64,000 bases of DNA from Nitrospiraceae bacterium (lineage in GTDB: Bacteria > Nitrospirota > Thermodesulfovibrionia > Thermodesulfovibrionales > UBA1546): assembly GCA_021373015.1 (NCBI GenBank), contig JAJFTJ010000014.1, positions 136,323 through 200,322 of the forward strand, written 5' to 3'. Position numbers and translations under genes: made by a program. Shown in pieces: positions 49,790 to 58,777 of the stretch. How positions within the stretch are numbered: position 1 is the first letter of the stretch; each line of letters starts with the position of its first letter. The notes under the pieces were generated by a model that did no database searches, had not been told where the DNA came from, and was given only the letters and a program-made list of their open reading frames with translations.

Positions 49790-50170
49790 TTATTTTTTAT
49801 CTTTTAATCTCAGTTTGTTGAAAATTTCTAATTGGGCTGCCAGATCATCTTTCGTAATAATACCGAGTTTTACAAGTGCCTCTCCAAAATAAAGATAATC
49901 TATTTTTTGTTCCTCAAGAAGTTGATCAACCTGTTTTTCTGTCAGATCGCCGTTCTCTACGGCTATTTCCCCGAATTTTTTTTCGACATCTTCCTGTCTA
50001 ATCAGTATCTTGTCTACTTCTTCTTCTGTAAGCCAGCCTTTATTTTTTGCAATAGCGCCTATTTTGGAATTATGTCTTATCTGGAGGATGCGTGCGTTTA
50101 TCATATCCTGCAATGTAATCAAGCCTCTCTGTCTAAGATATTGTCCAAAACGCAGAAATTTTTTTAGCAC
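49790..50170 (-). CDS. protein composed of four MshEN/T2SSE_N-type repeats
   Basis: There are four motifs of the form (R/K/Y)(F/I)G..(L/A/I)...G.(I/L)T....(I/V/L)...L..Q, with the conserved Gly at residues 9, 38, 67 and 96. It has a GTG start. Confidence 0.6.
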   Translation of the reverse strand: MLKKFLRFGQYLRQRGLITLQDMINARILQIRHNSKIGAIAKNKGWLTEEEVDKILIRQEDVEKKFGEIAVENGDLTEKQVDQLLEEQKIDYLYFGEALVKLGIITKDDLAAQLEIFNKLRLKDKK

Positions 50171-50225
50171 AATACACCGCTTTGTTTAGTTTTTTGTGTA
50201 TAGAATTATTCTAACTCAAAGTCAG

Positions 50226-50567
50226 TTATTTTTCATCAAGATGCAGTTTATGCATGAAACGGTGATAAATCGGAGCAAAAAGCACGGCAATAAAAGTGAG
50301 AAAGGCTACGCCGCTGAAAAGAGCATAAAAAGCAGAAAACAATTTTCCTGAGGCAGTTTCAATATGGTCAACAGGCCCCATGCCTGTTAATATCATCGAT
50401 GCATTAAGGAATGCATCAATCCATTTAAGACCGCCGAAAAGATTGTAGCCCACTGTTCCTAAGCCGATCGAGAACAGCAGCACCATAAAGGAGATTCCAG
50501 TATAACGGATCTGTCTTGAGATAAACTCTTTTTTGCTTATTAATGGTTTTTTATGATGTTCAAACAT
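50226..50567 (-). CDS. small 2-TM membrane protein, ion-channel-pore-like
   Basis: It has a TM1 - re-entrant segment (WIDAFLNASMILTGMGPV) - TM2 layout reminiscent of 2TM cation channels, but without a TVGYG filter. Confidence 0.45.
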   Translation of the reverse strand: MFEHHKKPLISKKEFISRQIRYTGISFMVLLFSIGLGTVGYNLFGGLKWIDAFLNASMILTGMGPVDHIETASGKLFSAFYALFSGVAFLTFIAVLFAPIYHRFMHKLHLDEK

Positions 50568-50584
50568 TGGATAAACTTATAATC

Positions 50585-52837
50585 TCATGTACATCTTGTG
50601 AAGCCGCAGTTGCGGCATACTGCACATCCGCCTTCGTGCTCAACAGCGCCGCCGCATTCAGGACATGCGCCTACCAGCATAATGTCAGAATCATCTTTAT
50701 GCCCATTGCCGTTGCCTTTGTGGCAGTCTTCAGAGTGTTTCTCGATTGCCTTTGCGATCGCATCAGAGCACGAGAGAATCCTCCCGCCATTGCACCATGA
50801 AGGCTGGTGGCATGATATTCCCTTAAGCTGATTAACAACTTCCTGCGCATCTATGTTTGAGCGGAATACAAGTGATACGAGTCTTCCGATCGCCTCTGAC
50901 TGGCTTGAAGCACATCCTCCTGCTTTTCCCATTGATGTAAAGAGTTCAAAGAACTGTCCTTTGTCGTCCGCATTGATTGTTACATAAAGATTTCCGCAGC
51001 CTGTTTTCATAAGCCTTGTTGCGCCTTTTATCATCTCAGGTCTTTTTCTCGGCACTACCTTTTCTGTTGTGCGGGCTTCTGCTACCTGCTGCCTGCCTGT
51101 GTCTTTTGATGATTTCCCTGTTGAGAGAACCTGTTCATCTCTAGAGCCGTCTCTATAAACAGTAACGCCTTTGCAGCCAAGTTTGTATGCAAGGATATAG
51201 GCTTCTTCAACATCTTTTGGTGCGGCATCATGGGAGAAATTGACTGTCTTCGATACTGCGTTGTCCACATATTTCTGGAATGCCGCCTGACTTGTTATGT
51301 GTTCCATTGGAGAGATATCATGCGCTGTGACAAAAACTTTCTTAACATCTTCCGGTATCTCTTCAAAGTTTTTTATCGTTCCTTTTTCAGCAATTTTTTC
51401 CATAAGCTCTCTTTTCAAGAATCCGCGCTCTTTTGCAACTTTCTCAAAATGAGGATTAACCTCTATGAGCTTTGTTCCTTCAAGCACGGTTCTTACATAT
51501 GAGACTGCAAACAGGGGCTCTATTCCAGAGGAACATCCGGCGATTATAGAGAGAGTTCCTGTTGGAGCTATTGTTGTTACTGTTGCATTTCTTACTTTCA
51601 TTCTGCTGTTGTATATGCTTTCCTTGTGATTTGGGAAACACCCGCGTTCTTCAGCAAGCGCAGAAGATGCCTTTCTTCCCTCTGCTTGTATAAAGCCCAT
51701 TACTTCTTCAGCAAGTTTTACAGCCCTTTCTGAGTTGTATGGAATCTGAAGCAGAATAAGCATGTCTGCCCATCCCATTATTCCCAGCCCGATCTTTCTA
51801 TTTGCCTTTGTCATCTCCTCGATTTTTTTAAGAGGATATTTATTCATGTCTATTACATTGTCCAGAAAATGCACGGCGTTCCATACAGTGTCTTTCAATC
51901 TTTTCCAGTCAATCTCAGGACATTCATCTGACTGTTTAACCATTTTAGAGAGGTTAATAGAACCAAGATTACATGATTCAAAAGGAAGCAGAGGCTGTTC
52001 GCCGCATGGATTTGTTGATTCTATCTCGCCCTGCTTTGGAGTAGGGTTCCCTTCATTCATCCTGTCGAGGAATACAATGCCAGGTTCGCCATTTTTCCAT
52101 GCGTGATTTACTATGAGATTAAATACGTCTTTTGCTCTCAGACGCTGAACAGTTTTCTTTGATCTTGGATTGAAGAGCGAATATTCCTTGTCCTCATCTA
52201 ATGCCTTCATGAATTCTTCTGTAATGCCGACAGATATATTAAAGTTGTTGAGCTTGGTATTTTCATCTTTGCATGTTATAAAACTGAGTATGTCAGGATG
52301 ATCTACTCTCAGAAGCCCCATATTAGCTCCTCTTCTTGTCCCCCCCTGTTTAACAGCCTCTGTTGCTGCGTCAAACACAGTCATGAACGAGATTGGGCCT
52401 GAAGAGACGCCTTTTGTGGAACCTACAACATCACCGCTAGGACGAAGGCTTGAAAAACTAAATCCTGTTCCTCCGCCTGATTTATGAATAATTGCTGCAT
52501 TCTTCACAGCATCGAATATTGATTCCATGGAATCACCAACAGGAAGCACAAAGCAGGCAGACAGCTGTCCCAGTTCCCTTCCGGCATTCATTAACGTAGG
52601 GCTGTTTGGCAGAAAATCCAGAGAGGTCATCATATTATAGAATGCTGTTTCTGTCTGTTTTACCTCTGATTCAGATTTACCATAGTTGATGTCAGCGGCA
52701 GATATGCTTTTGGCAACCCTTGTGAAAAGCTGGGCAGGCGTTTCAACGATCTTGCCTTCCTCGTTTTTTTTAAGATAGCGTTTTTCAAGGACCTTTAAAG
52801 CGTTTTGCGAAAGAACAACACTGTCTAAAGCCTTCAT
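50585..52837 (-). CDS. nrdJ: adenosylcobalamin-dependent (class II) ribonucleotide reductase
   Basis: It has LPNSPTLMNAG, SACFVL, the NPCGEQPL active-site region and a C-terminal Cys-rich tail (CPECGG...CAVCRNCG). Confidence 0.95.
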   Translation of the reverse strand: MKALDSVVLSQNALKVLEKRYLKKNEEGKIVETPAQLFTRVAKSISAADINYGKSESEVKQTETAFYNMMTSLDFLPNSPTLMNAGRELGQLSACFVLPVGDSMESIFDAVKNAAIIHKSGGGTGFSFSSLRPSGDVVGSTKGVSSGPISFMTVFDAATEAVKQGGTRRGANMGLLRVDHPDILSFITCKDENTKLNNFNISVGITEEFMKALDEDKEYSLFNPRSKKTVQRLRAKDVFNLIVNHAWKNGEPGIVFLDRMNEGNPTPKQGEIESTNPCGEQPLLPFESCNLGSINLSKMVKQSDECPEIDWKRLKDTVWNAVHFLDNVIDMNKYPLKKIEEMTKANRKIGLGIMGWADMLILLQIPYNSERAVKLAEEVMGFIQAEGRKASSALAEERGCFPNHKESIYNSRMKVRNATVTTIAPTGTLSIIAGCSSGIEPLFAVSYVRTVLEGTKLIEVNPHFEKVAKERGFLKRELMEKIAEKGTIKNFEEIPEDVKKVFVTAHDISPMEHITSQAAFQKYVDNAVSKTVNFSHDAAPKDVEEAYILAYKLGCKGVTVYRDGSRDEQVLSTGKSSKDTGRQQVAEARTTEKVVPRKRPEMIKGATRLMKTGCGNLYVTINADDKGQFFELFTSMGKAGGCASSQSEAIGRLVSLVFRSNIDAQEVVNQLKGISCHQPSWCNGGRILSCSDAIAKAIEKHSEDCHKGNGNGHKDDSDIMLVGACPECGGAVEHEGGCAVCRNCGFTRCT

Positions 52838-53004
52838 AAAATAATGCCTCCTGGTTAAAAAAATAAAATTATTTTTTATTGCTTAAATTCTTTGAAGTGT
52901 ATAAATCCAGACATTTTCTACAGGCAATCCAATCTTCAAGCCCTATACAAAGCTTCATTATTAGTGCCTCTCTGTTCATTTTGGACAAACTACAAGTTGT
53001 GCTA

Positions 53005-53043
53005 ATAAATAATATAGTGAAATTAAAACACAATATATAGTAC
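53005..53043 (-). promoter_or_regulatory. candidate NrdR boxes upstream of nrdJ
   Basis: Box 1 (53028-53043; minus strand gtaCtAtATaTtGtgt) matches 14/16 of the acaCwAtATaTwGtgt consensus as I remember it. Box 2 (53005-53020) is a weaker, half-site-like match (11/16). Confidence 0.45.
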
Positions 53044-53050
53044 GTGTCAA
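53022..53050 (-). promoter_or_regulatory. candidate sigma-70 promoter TTGACA-N17-TTTAAT for nrdJ
   Basis: I read it on the minus strand. NrdR box 1 occupies the spacer. Confidence 0.45.
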
Positions 53051-53163
53051 GGAAAAAATAGAAATTCTGTAACATTGTAATATAAAAAGGTTTTACCTGT
53101 AAAACAAGTGTTGATGAATTGTTAAGGAATCTGCTGGTGTTGCCTGAAGATAGAACTGATGAT

Positions 53164-53922
53164 CTATTTTTTGTTCAGGGATGACAATTCTTTTTTTGCG
53201 TCATATGCAATGTTGTTTTGAGGGTATTTTTCTACAACACGCTTAAAATATTCCGCTGCCTTTTCCTTGTTGTCAAGAGCCTTATAAGACAAGCCGAGAT
53301 AATAAAGTACCGATGCCTCCTTTTTAGTCTCAGGGAATTTTTTAAGCAGGCCTTCGAATCTTGTAATGGCTGCTTTATATGCGTCTTTTTTGTAATAAAA
53401 ATTTCCTACAATAAATTCATAATCGCTGATTATGTCTTTGCACATCTCGATTCTGCTCTCAACTATTTCCTTATATGGATTTCTAGGAAACATTTTTTTC
53501 AGTTTTTCGAATTCATCCATTGCCCTGAATGCTGCGCCAGAGCCTCTCTCAGGACCGTCAATCTGATTGAAATAGATATTTCCTATTTGATATTGTGCAT
53601 ATGATGCATATTTATGATCAGGGTACAGTTCTGTGAATTTTCTGTATTCTTCGATTGCACGATCTGGATCTTCATCCTTGAGAAATGTATCTGCCAGCTT
53701 TAACTGTGCAAGCGGAGCATATTTTTTTGTATGGTCTCTGTTTTTTATCTCAAGAAGGACTGTTCTTGCATCCTCGTATTCTTTTTTTTCGATAAGGTCA
53801 TTAGCTTTTGCAAATGTCTTCTCTGCGTCAAATTTCGCATCAGGCTGTATTGAAGTCTTGCCTGAACATGAAATGACAAATGCCAGAGATAGAATAAGCA
53901 ATATTGTTTTAAATATTTTCAT
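53164..53922 (-). CDS. bamD: outer membrane protein assembly factor BamD (TPR lipoprotein)
   Basis: It has a lipobox (AFVISC) and TPR repeats with the typical BamD layout (...YPDHKYASYAQYQIGNIYF...). Confidence 0.75.
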   Translation of the reverse strand: MKIFKTILLILSLAFVISCSGKTSIQPDAKFDAEKTFAKANDLIEKKEYEDARTVLLEIKNRDHTKKYAPLAQLKLADTFLKDEDPDRAIEEYRKFTELYPDHKYASYAQYQIGNIYFNQIDGPERGSGAAFRAMDEFEKLKKMFPRNPYKEIVESRIEMCKDIISDYEFIVGNFYYKKDAYKAAITRFEGLLKKFPETKKEASVLYYLGLSYKALDNKEKAAEYFKRVVEKYPQNNIAYDAKKELSSLNKK

Positions 53923-53970
53923 ACAGGTATTAAAACTTTTGAGGGTGTCTTAAGTCAAGTGCTCTTTGTT

Positions 53971-55803
53971 CTAAAGGTCTTTATCATTCCCCAGAGATTG
54001 AATAAATGCATTAGCAATCATTGGGTCAAACTGAGTGCCTGAATGAGTTTTAAGTTCTTCGATTGCTTCGTTTTTTGACATGCGTTTTCTGTAAGGTCTT
54101 GGCGAAAGCATTGCCTGATATGCCTCAACAATCGAGAGTATTCTGGCAAGCAAAGGTATCTGATCACCCTTTAATCCAAGAGGATAGCCATTGCCATCAT
54201 ATCTTTCGTGATGATATAAGATTGCAGGTACAATGTCTTCCACATGCGGATATCTTTTTAAAACCATCTCGGCCAACGCAGGATGTCCCTGTATTATGCT
54301 TTTTTCTTCGTTTGTCAGAGGCGTAGTTTTGTTGAGAATGTGATCCGGTATCCCGATATTCCCGATGTCGTGCAGCATGCTTGCAACTTTTAAAGAAGCA
54401 ATCTCGTTTTCATCAAGATTTATCTTTTTCCCCAGCATAGTGGCGTATGCTGCGACCTCAAGCGAATGATCTTTTGTATAATTTGATTTTGAATCAATAG
54501 CTGTTCCGATTTTCTCGATATGTTTAAGATCAGGATCCTTGAGTATTTCATCTAATTCCTCTGGAATTTCTTTTGCTGCTCCTGCAAGAAGATCTTGGTA
54601 TGTGCAGACTTTATTTCTGCCCTGATGCTTTGCAAAATATAATGCCTGGTCAGCTTTTCTAACAATATCGGGTGCTTCAGCGGCATCAAGAGGGAAATAG
54701 GCAACACCTATGCTTACAGTAAGCGACTGCGGTTTATCCGATTTTTCAGGAAAATGATAGTTATTGACCTTGTTTCTTATTCTCTCGGCGACTGTGACAG
54801 CTCCGTCAAATCCTGTGTCTGGAAGCAAGACTACAAATTCCTCTCCACCGTATCTTGCGGCGAAGTCAACATTTCGTATAGAGTTTTTTACAATTTTTGC
54901 AATTGTTTTCAAAACATCATCTCCTGTCTGATGTCCAAAAGTGTCGTTAAAATATTTGAAGTGATCTATATCGAGCATGAGAATAGGAAGGGTTTTATTG
55001 TATCTTTTTGCTTTTTCAACTTCGAGATGTAATATTTCCTGGAATGTTCTGTGATTGCTGAGTCCGGTTAGTCCGTCTGTTACTGCAAGCTTTGCAATCT
55101 CCTGATTCATCATTAATGCCTGAAATGCCTGAAATGCAAAACTGAACAGCGTATCTTCGTCATCCTGCGTAAAACCATCTTTTCTGTTCACTGCAACAAG
55201 CAGAGCCGAGATATTCTTGTCAGGAGCAGAAAGCGGGAGAGCAAGTACATTTTTTATCTGGATATGTCCGAACGGCAGTTCTTTTTTGAAATTATTGATT
55301 CTTAAGGGCTGTGCCTCGCTGATGACCTTGCCCAGCGGGGATGTAAGCATTGCTTTGATACACTCAGGTGAAACTTCTTCCATTTCTTTTAATGTGGTTT
55401 TAAAAAGTTTAAATACACTTTTCTCGCCTTCAAATAAGAATATCCCACAGTGTTCTGCCTTCATTAGATTTTTTGTCATCTCAAGGAGTCTTTCGATAAT
55501 AGTGTCAAACTTCATCTCTGATGTTACGAAGCCGATCATCTCATTGAGCATAGAGAGTTCTCTTATGACTGACTGCTCTTTTTCTGAGGCAGCCCTGAGC
55601 AAGGCCAGTCTTTTACTCAGATAGGTTTTAATGAAAAGGAAACCTATGACTGTGAGCAGTATGTATCCTATGGAGGTGAATAAAACTACATTTGCGGGTT
55701 TGTGTTCATCTGAAATAATAGCAAAAAATGATGTAACGCTTAGCATGATAAGAAGAAAGAAGATTGAAAGGATTATAAAATTAAAGCGTTTTTCTAGTTT
55801 CAT
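53971..55803 (-). CDS. membrane-anchored GAF-GGDEF-HD-GYP signalling protein
   Basis: It has two N-terminal TM helices and a GAF-like region. The GGDEF domain has an intact GGEEF (RYGGEEFVVLL). The HD-GYP domain has HDIGNIGIP and HHERYDGNGYP. Confidence 0.9.
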   Translation of the reverse strand: MKLEKRFNFIILSIFFLLIMLSVTSFFAIISDEHKPANVVLFTSIGYILLTVIGFLFIKTYLSKRLALLRAASEKEQSVIRELSMLNEMIGFVTSEMKFDTIIERLLEMTKNLMKAEHCGIFLFEGEKSVFKLFKTTLKEMEEVSPECIKAMLTSPLGKVISEAQPLRINNFKKELPFGHIQIKNVLALPLSAPDKNISALLVAVNRKDGFTQDDEDTLFSFAFQAFQALMMNQEIAKLAVTDGLTGLSNHRTFQEILHLEVEKAKRYNKTLPILMLDIDHFKYFNDTFGHQTGDDVLKTIAKIVKNSIRNVDFAARYGGEEFVVLLPDTGFDGAVTVAERIRNKVNNYHFPEKSDKPQSLTVSIGVAYFPLDAAEAPDIVRKADQALYFAKHQGRNKVCTYQDLLAGAAKEIPEELDEILKDPDLKHIEKIGTAIDSKSNYTKDHSLEVAAYATMLGKKINLDENEIASLKVASMLHDIGNIGIPDHILNKTTPLTNEEKSIIQGHPALAEMVLKRYPHVEDIVPAILYHHERYDGNGYPLGLKGDQIPLLARILSIVEAYQAMLSPRPYRKRMSKNEAIEELKTHSGTQFDPMIANAFIQSLGNDKDL

Positions 55804-57676
55804 TCTTCTCCTGTCTTTTGCGTTTTTCTATGCTTATCATGAGCAGTGAAAGCGCTGCCGGTGTTATTCCGGAAATCCTGCTTGCTTGTCCAAGATTGTC
55901 CGGCATTATTTTCTGGAGTTTTTCAAGTATCTCTTTTGAAAGACCATTTATAGAACTGTACTCAAATCCTTCAGGGATTTTTTTCTGCTCTATTTTGTTT
56001 AGTTTTTCTGCCATCTCTATCTGTTTTACTATATATCCTTCGTATTTTATCTGTGTTTCCACCTGTTTCTCTATATCTTCAGTAAGAATAGCTTGAGAAG
56101 GAGATAAGTTCTTGATTAGAGTATATCCGATTTCCGGCCTTTTGAGAAGATGTTCAAGGCTGGTGTCTTCTGTTATTGCAGAGGCGCTCAAATTTTCAAG
56201 GAAACTGTTTACACTGGCTGGTTTTACCCTTATTTTCTTGAGTCTTTTGATTTCATCTGAGATCAGATTTTTTTTCTCCTCAAATTTTTTGAACTGTTCA
56301 CTGCCTATAAGACCGAGCTTGTAACCTTTTTCCATAAGTCTGAGGTCAGCATTGTCATGTCTTAAAAGAAGCCTGTATTCTGCCCTTGAGGTGAACATCC
56401 TGTAAGGCTCTGAAGTTCCTTTTGTAATCAAATCATCTATCAAAACTCCGATATATGCTTCATGCCTTGCTAATATAAAAGGTTCTTTTCGCTGAAGCCT
56501 GAGCGATGCATTTACGCCTGCCATAAACCCCTGCGCTGCTGCTTCTTCATAGCCGGATGTGCCGTTAATCTGTCCTGCAAGAAAAAGGCCGCTTATTAAT
56601 TTTGTCTCGAGGCTGTGTCTTAATTGTGTTGGATATACAAAATCGTATTCAATCGCATAACCCGGTCTCATTATCTCAGTATTTTCAAGCCCCTTAATCG
56701 TGCGAACCAATTTTTTCTGCACATCGTATGGAAGACTGGTTGCAATGCCGTTTGCATAATATTCAATTGTATCCAGTCCTTCCGGCTCGAGAAATACCTG
56801 ATGCCTGGATTTTTCAGAAAACCTTACCACTTTATCTTCGATTGAGGGACAGTATCTTGGCCCGATTCCTTTAATCTTTCCGCTGTAAAGCGGCGAGCGG
56901 TCAAGACCTTCTCTGACTATCTGATGAGTCTCGGAATTTGTATATGTTATGTAACATGGAAGCTGAGGAATCGTAATTTTTTCTGTGCTGTAGGAAAAAG
57001 GAATTGGCGGGTCATCCCCGTACTGGGCCTCTGTCTTTGAAAAATCAATAGTCTTTGCATCAAGTCTTGGCGGAGTTCCTGTTTTTAATCTGCCTATCTC
57101 GAGTCCGAGTTTCTTAAGAGAATCAGAGAGATTGTTTGAAGGAAATTCCCCTGCCCTGCCAGCGGAAAAATGTTCAAGTCCAATATGGATCAATCCTTTT
57201 AAGAATGTCCCTGTTGTAACAATAACAGTTTTTGTTTCATAAAAAATTCCGAGCGACGTGATGATACCTTTTACACTCCCGTCTTCAGCAACGATCTTTT
57301 CTACCAAATCTTGCTTTATATCGAGATTGTTTTGTGACTCGATCACTCTTCGCATCTCGACTCTGTACAGAACCCTGTCTGCCTGAGCTCTTAATGACCA
57401 GACAGCAGGACCTTTTGATTTATTCAATACTCTGAATTGGATTCCTGCTTTATCAGTAACTTTCGCCATCTCTCCGCCGAGTGCATCTATCTCGCGAACG
57501 ATATGGCCTTTCGCAAGTCCACCAATAGCAGGATTACATGACATCTGGGCAATAGTGTCAAGATTCATAGTAAAAAGGCATGTTCTATGACCCATGCGGC
57601 TGGCTGCAAGCGCAGCCTCGCATCCCGCATGACCAGCGCCTATTACGATAATGTCATAGCTGGAATCTTTTAACAT
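55781..57676 (-). CDS. mnmG: tRNA uridine 5-carboxymethylaminomethyl modification enzyme MnmG (GidA)
   Basis: It has YDIIVIGAGHAGCEAALA, PRYCPSIEDK and GTSGYEEAAAQG. Confidence 0.95.
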   Translation of the reverse strand: MLKDSSYDIIVIGAGHAGCEAALAASRMGHRTCLFTMNLDTIAQMSCNPAIGGLAKGHIVREIDALGGEMAKVTDKAGIQFRVLNKSKGPAVWSLRAQADRVLYRVEMRRVIESQNNLDIKQDLVEKIVAEDGSVKGIITSLGIFYETKTVIVTTGTFLKGLIHIGLEHFSAGRAGEFPSNNLSDSLKKLGLEIGRLKTGTPPRLDAKTIDFSKTEAQYGDDPPIPFSYSTEKITIPQLPCYITYTNSETHQIVREGLDRSPLYSGKIKGIGPRYCPSIEDKVVRFSEKSRHQVFLEPEGLDTIEYYANGIATSLPYDVQKKLVRTIKGLENTEIMRPGYAIEYDFVYPTQLRHSLETKLISGLFLAGQINGTSGYEEAAAQGFMAGVNASLRLQRKEPFILARHEAYIGVLIDDLITKGTSEPYRMFTSRAEYRLLLRHDNADLRLMEKGYKLGLIGSEQFKKFEEKKNLISDEIKRLKKIRVKPASVNSFLENLSASAITEDTSLEHLLKRPEIGYTLIKNLSPSQAILTEDIEKQVETQIKYEGYIVKQIEMAEKLNKIEQKKIPEGFEYSSINGLSKEILEKLQKIMPDNLGQASRISGITPAALSLLMISIEKRKRQEKNETRKTL

Positions 57677-57742
57677 AATGATATTGTATTATACACTGTA
57701 AGAAGCAGTATAAATGTTAGCAGGAAAGACAGAGGATAAACT

Positions 57743-58267
57743 ATGAATTCATGGAAATCAGTGTCTAAGACAGGACTTTTTACAGGTGTAATACTTGCGC
57801 TTGTTTTCTGGATTTATGCATTGACTGACGAGGATGGTTTTCTTTTTCTTGATTATGTGAATCTGCCTTTTCATGAATTCGGACATGTTTTCTTCAGTTT
57901 TCTTGGCGAGAACATAAGCATATGGGGAGGCACTATTATGCAGCTCGCAATCCCATTTGGAATTCTAGCGTATTTCTTTTTTTATAGAGAGACAGCAGGA
58001 TTTGCATTCAGCTCGTTCTGGTTTGGAGAAAATTTTCTTAACATATCCGTGTACATTGCTGATGCAAGGAAGATGCAGCTTCCGCTAGTTGGAGGAGGAG
58101 AGCATGACTGGAATACAATCCTTACAAGTATGCATATGCTCAGGTATGACACACTCATTGCAGGAATCGTTAAAACGCTCGGCTGGATTATAATGATTTC
58201 CTCTATTGTATGGTTTATAATCTTAGCCGTAAAATCTGACGGCTCAGAGAATGAACAAATCTTTTAG
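57743..58267 (+). CDS. membrane protein with HExxH motif (HEFGH), unknown function
   Basis: It has several TM helices and a single HEFGH motif at the start of a helix. I recognise no family. Confidence 0.5.
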   Translation: MNSWKSVSKTGLFTGVILALVFWIYALTDEDGFLFLDYVNLPFHEFGHVFFSFLGENISIWGGTIMQLAIPFGILAYFFFYRETAGFAFSSFWFGENFLNISVYIADARKMQLPLVGGGEHDWNTILTSMHMLRYDTLIAGIVKTLGWIIMISSIVWFIILAVKSDGSENEQIF

Positions 58268-58279
58268 AAGGAGAATTTT

Positions 58280-58771
58280 ATTTCTTCGATAATAATAGAC
58301 GGCTATAACTTAATGGGCATTTTTCACAGAGACCTCGAAGCCCAGAGAGAAAAACTTATCTACAGAATGAGCGAGTACATAAAGGGAAAAGGCCATGAGG
58401 TTACCATTGTATTTGACGGCTGGAAAAGCGGCGGGAAAATCGAAAACCAGTCACTAATAAAAGGAGTGAATGTTATATATTCAAGACTTGGCGAGAAGGC
58501 GGATGCAGTTATAAAAAGAATAGTAAGCTCAGAAAAAAAGCACTGGATAGTTGTCAGTTCAGACAGGGAGATATCTGACCATGCGTGGACAAAGGGTTCT
58601 GTTGCATTAACAGCCGATGAGTTTATAAATGTATTAGAAAAAAGCGAGAAGTTTCTAAATAGAGATTATGTGCTTCTTGAAGATGAGGAATATTCCCAGA
58701 AGAAAAAGGGAAGTCCAAACAAACTTTCTAAAAGAAACAAGATAAAAAAAAGAACGCTTAATAAACTTTAA
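58280..58771 (+). CDS. NYN-domain (YacP/Rae1-like) ribonuclease, probable non-canonical ATT start
   Basis: The tracked ORF starts at ATG 58313. The family-defining N-terminal motif IIIDGYNLMG is encoded in frame just upstream of it, and ATT at 58280 lies 6 nt after GAAGGAG. There is no ATG/GTG/TTG between the upstream stop (58265-58267) and 58313. Confidence 0.6.
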   Translation: MSSIIIDGYNLMGIFHRDLEAQREKLIYRMSEYIKGKGHEVTIVFDGWKSGGKIENQSLIKGVNVIYSRLGEKADAVIKRIVSSEKKHWIVVSSDREISDHAWTKGSVALTADEFINVLEKSEKFLNRDYVLLEDEEYSQKKKGSPNKLSKRNKIKKRTLNKL

Positions 58772-58777
58772 AAGGAA

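Noticed and set aside
52838-53020. Possible cobalamin riboswitch in the ~180-nt nrdJ leader
   Set aside because: I found no B12-box (GCCACTG-like) and no obvious conserved helices by eye. A covariance-model scan would be needed to exclude it formally.
52869-53075. A 68-aa ORF in the nrdJ upstream region
   Set aside because: It overlaps the predicted nrdJ promoter, NrdR box and leader on the same strand. It has no RBS and an implausible composition, so I interpret the region as 5' UTR and regulatory DNA.
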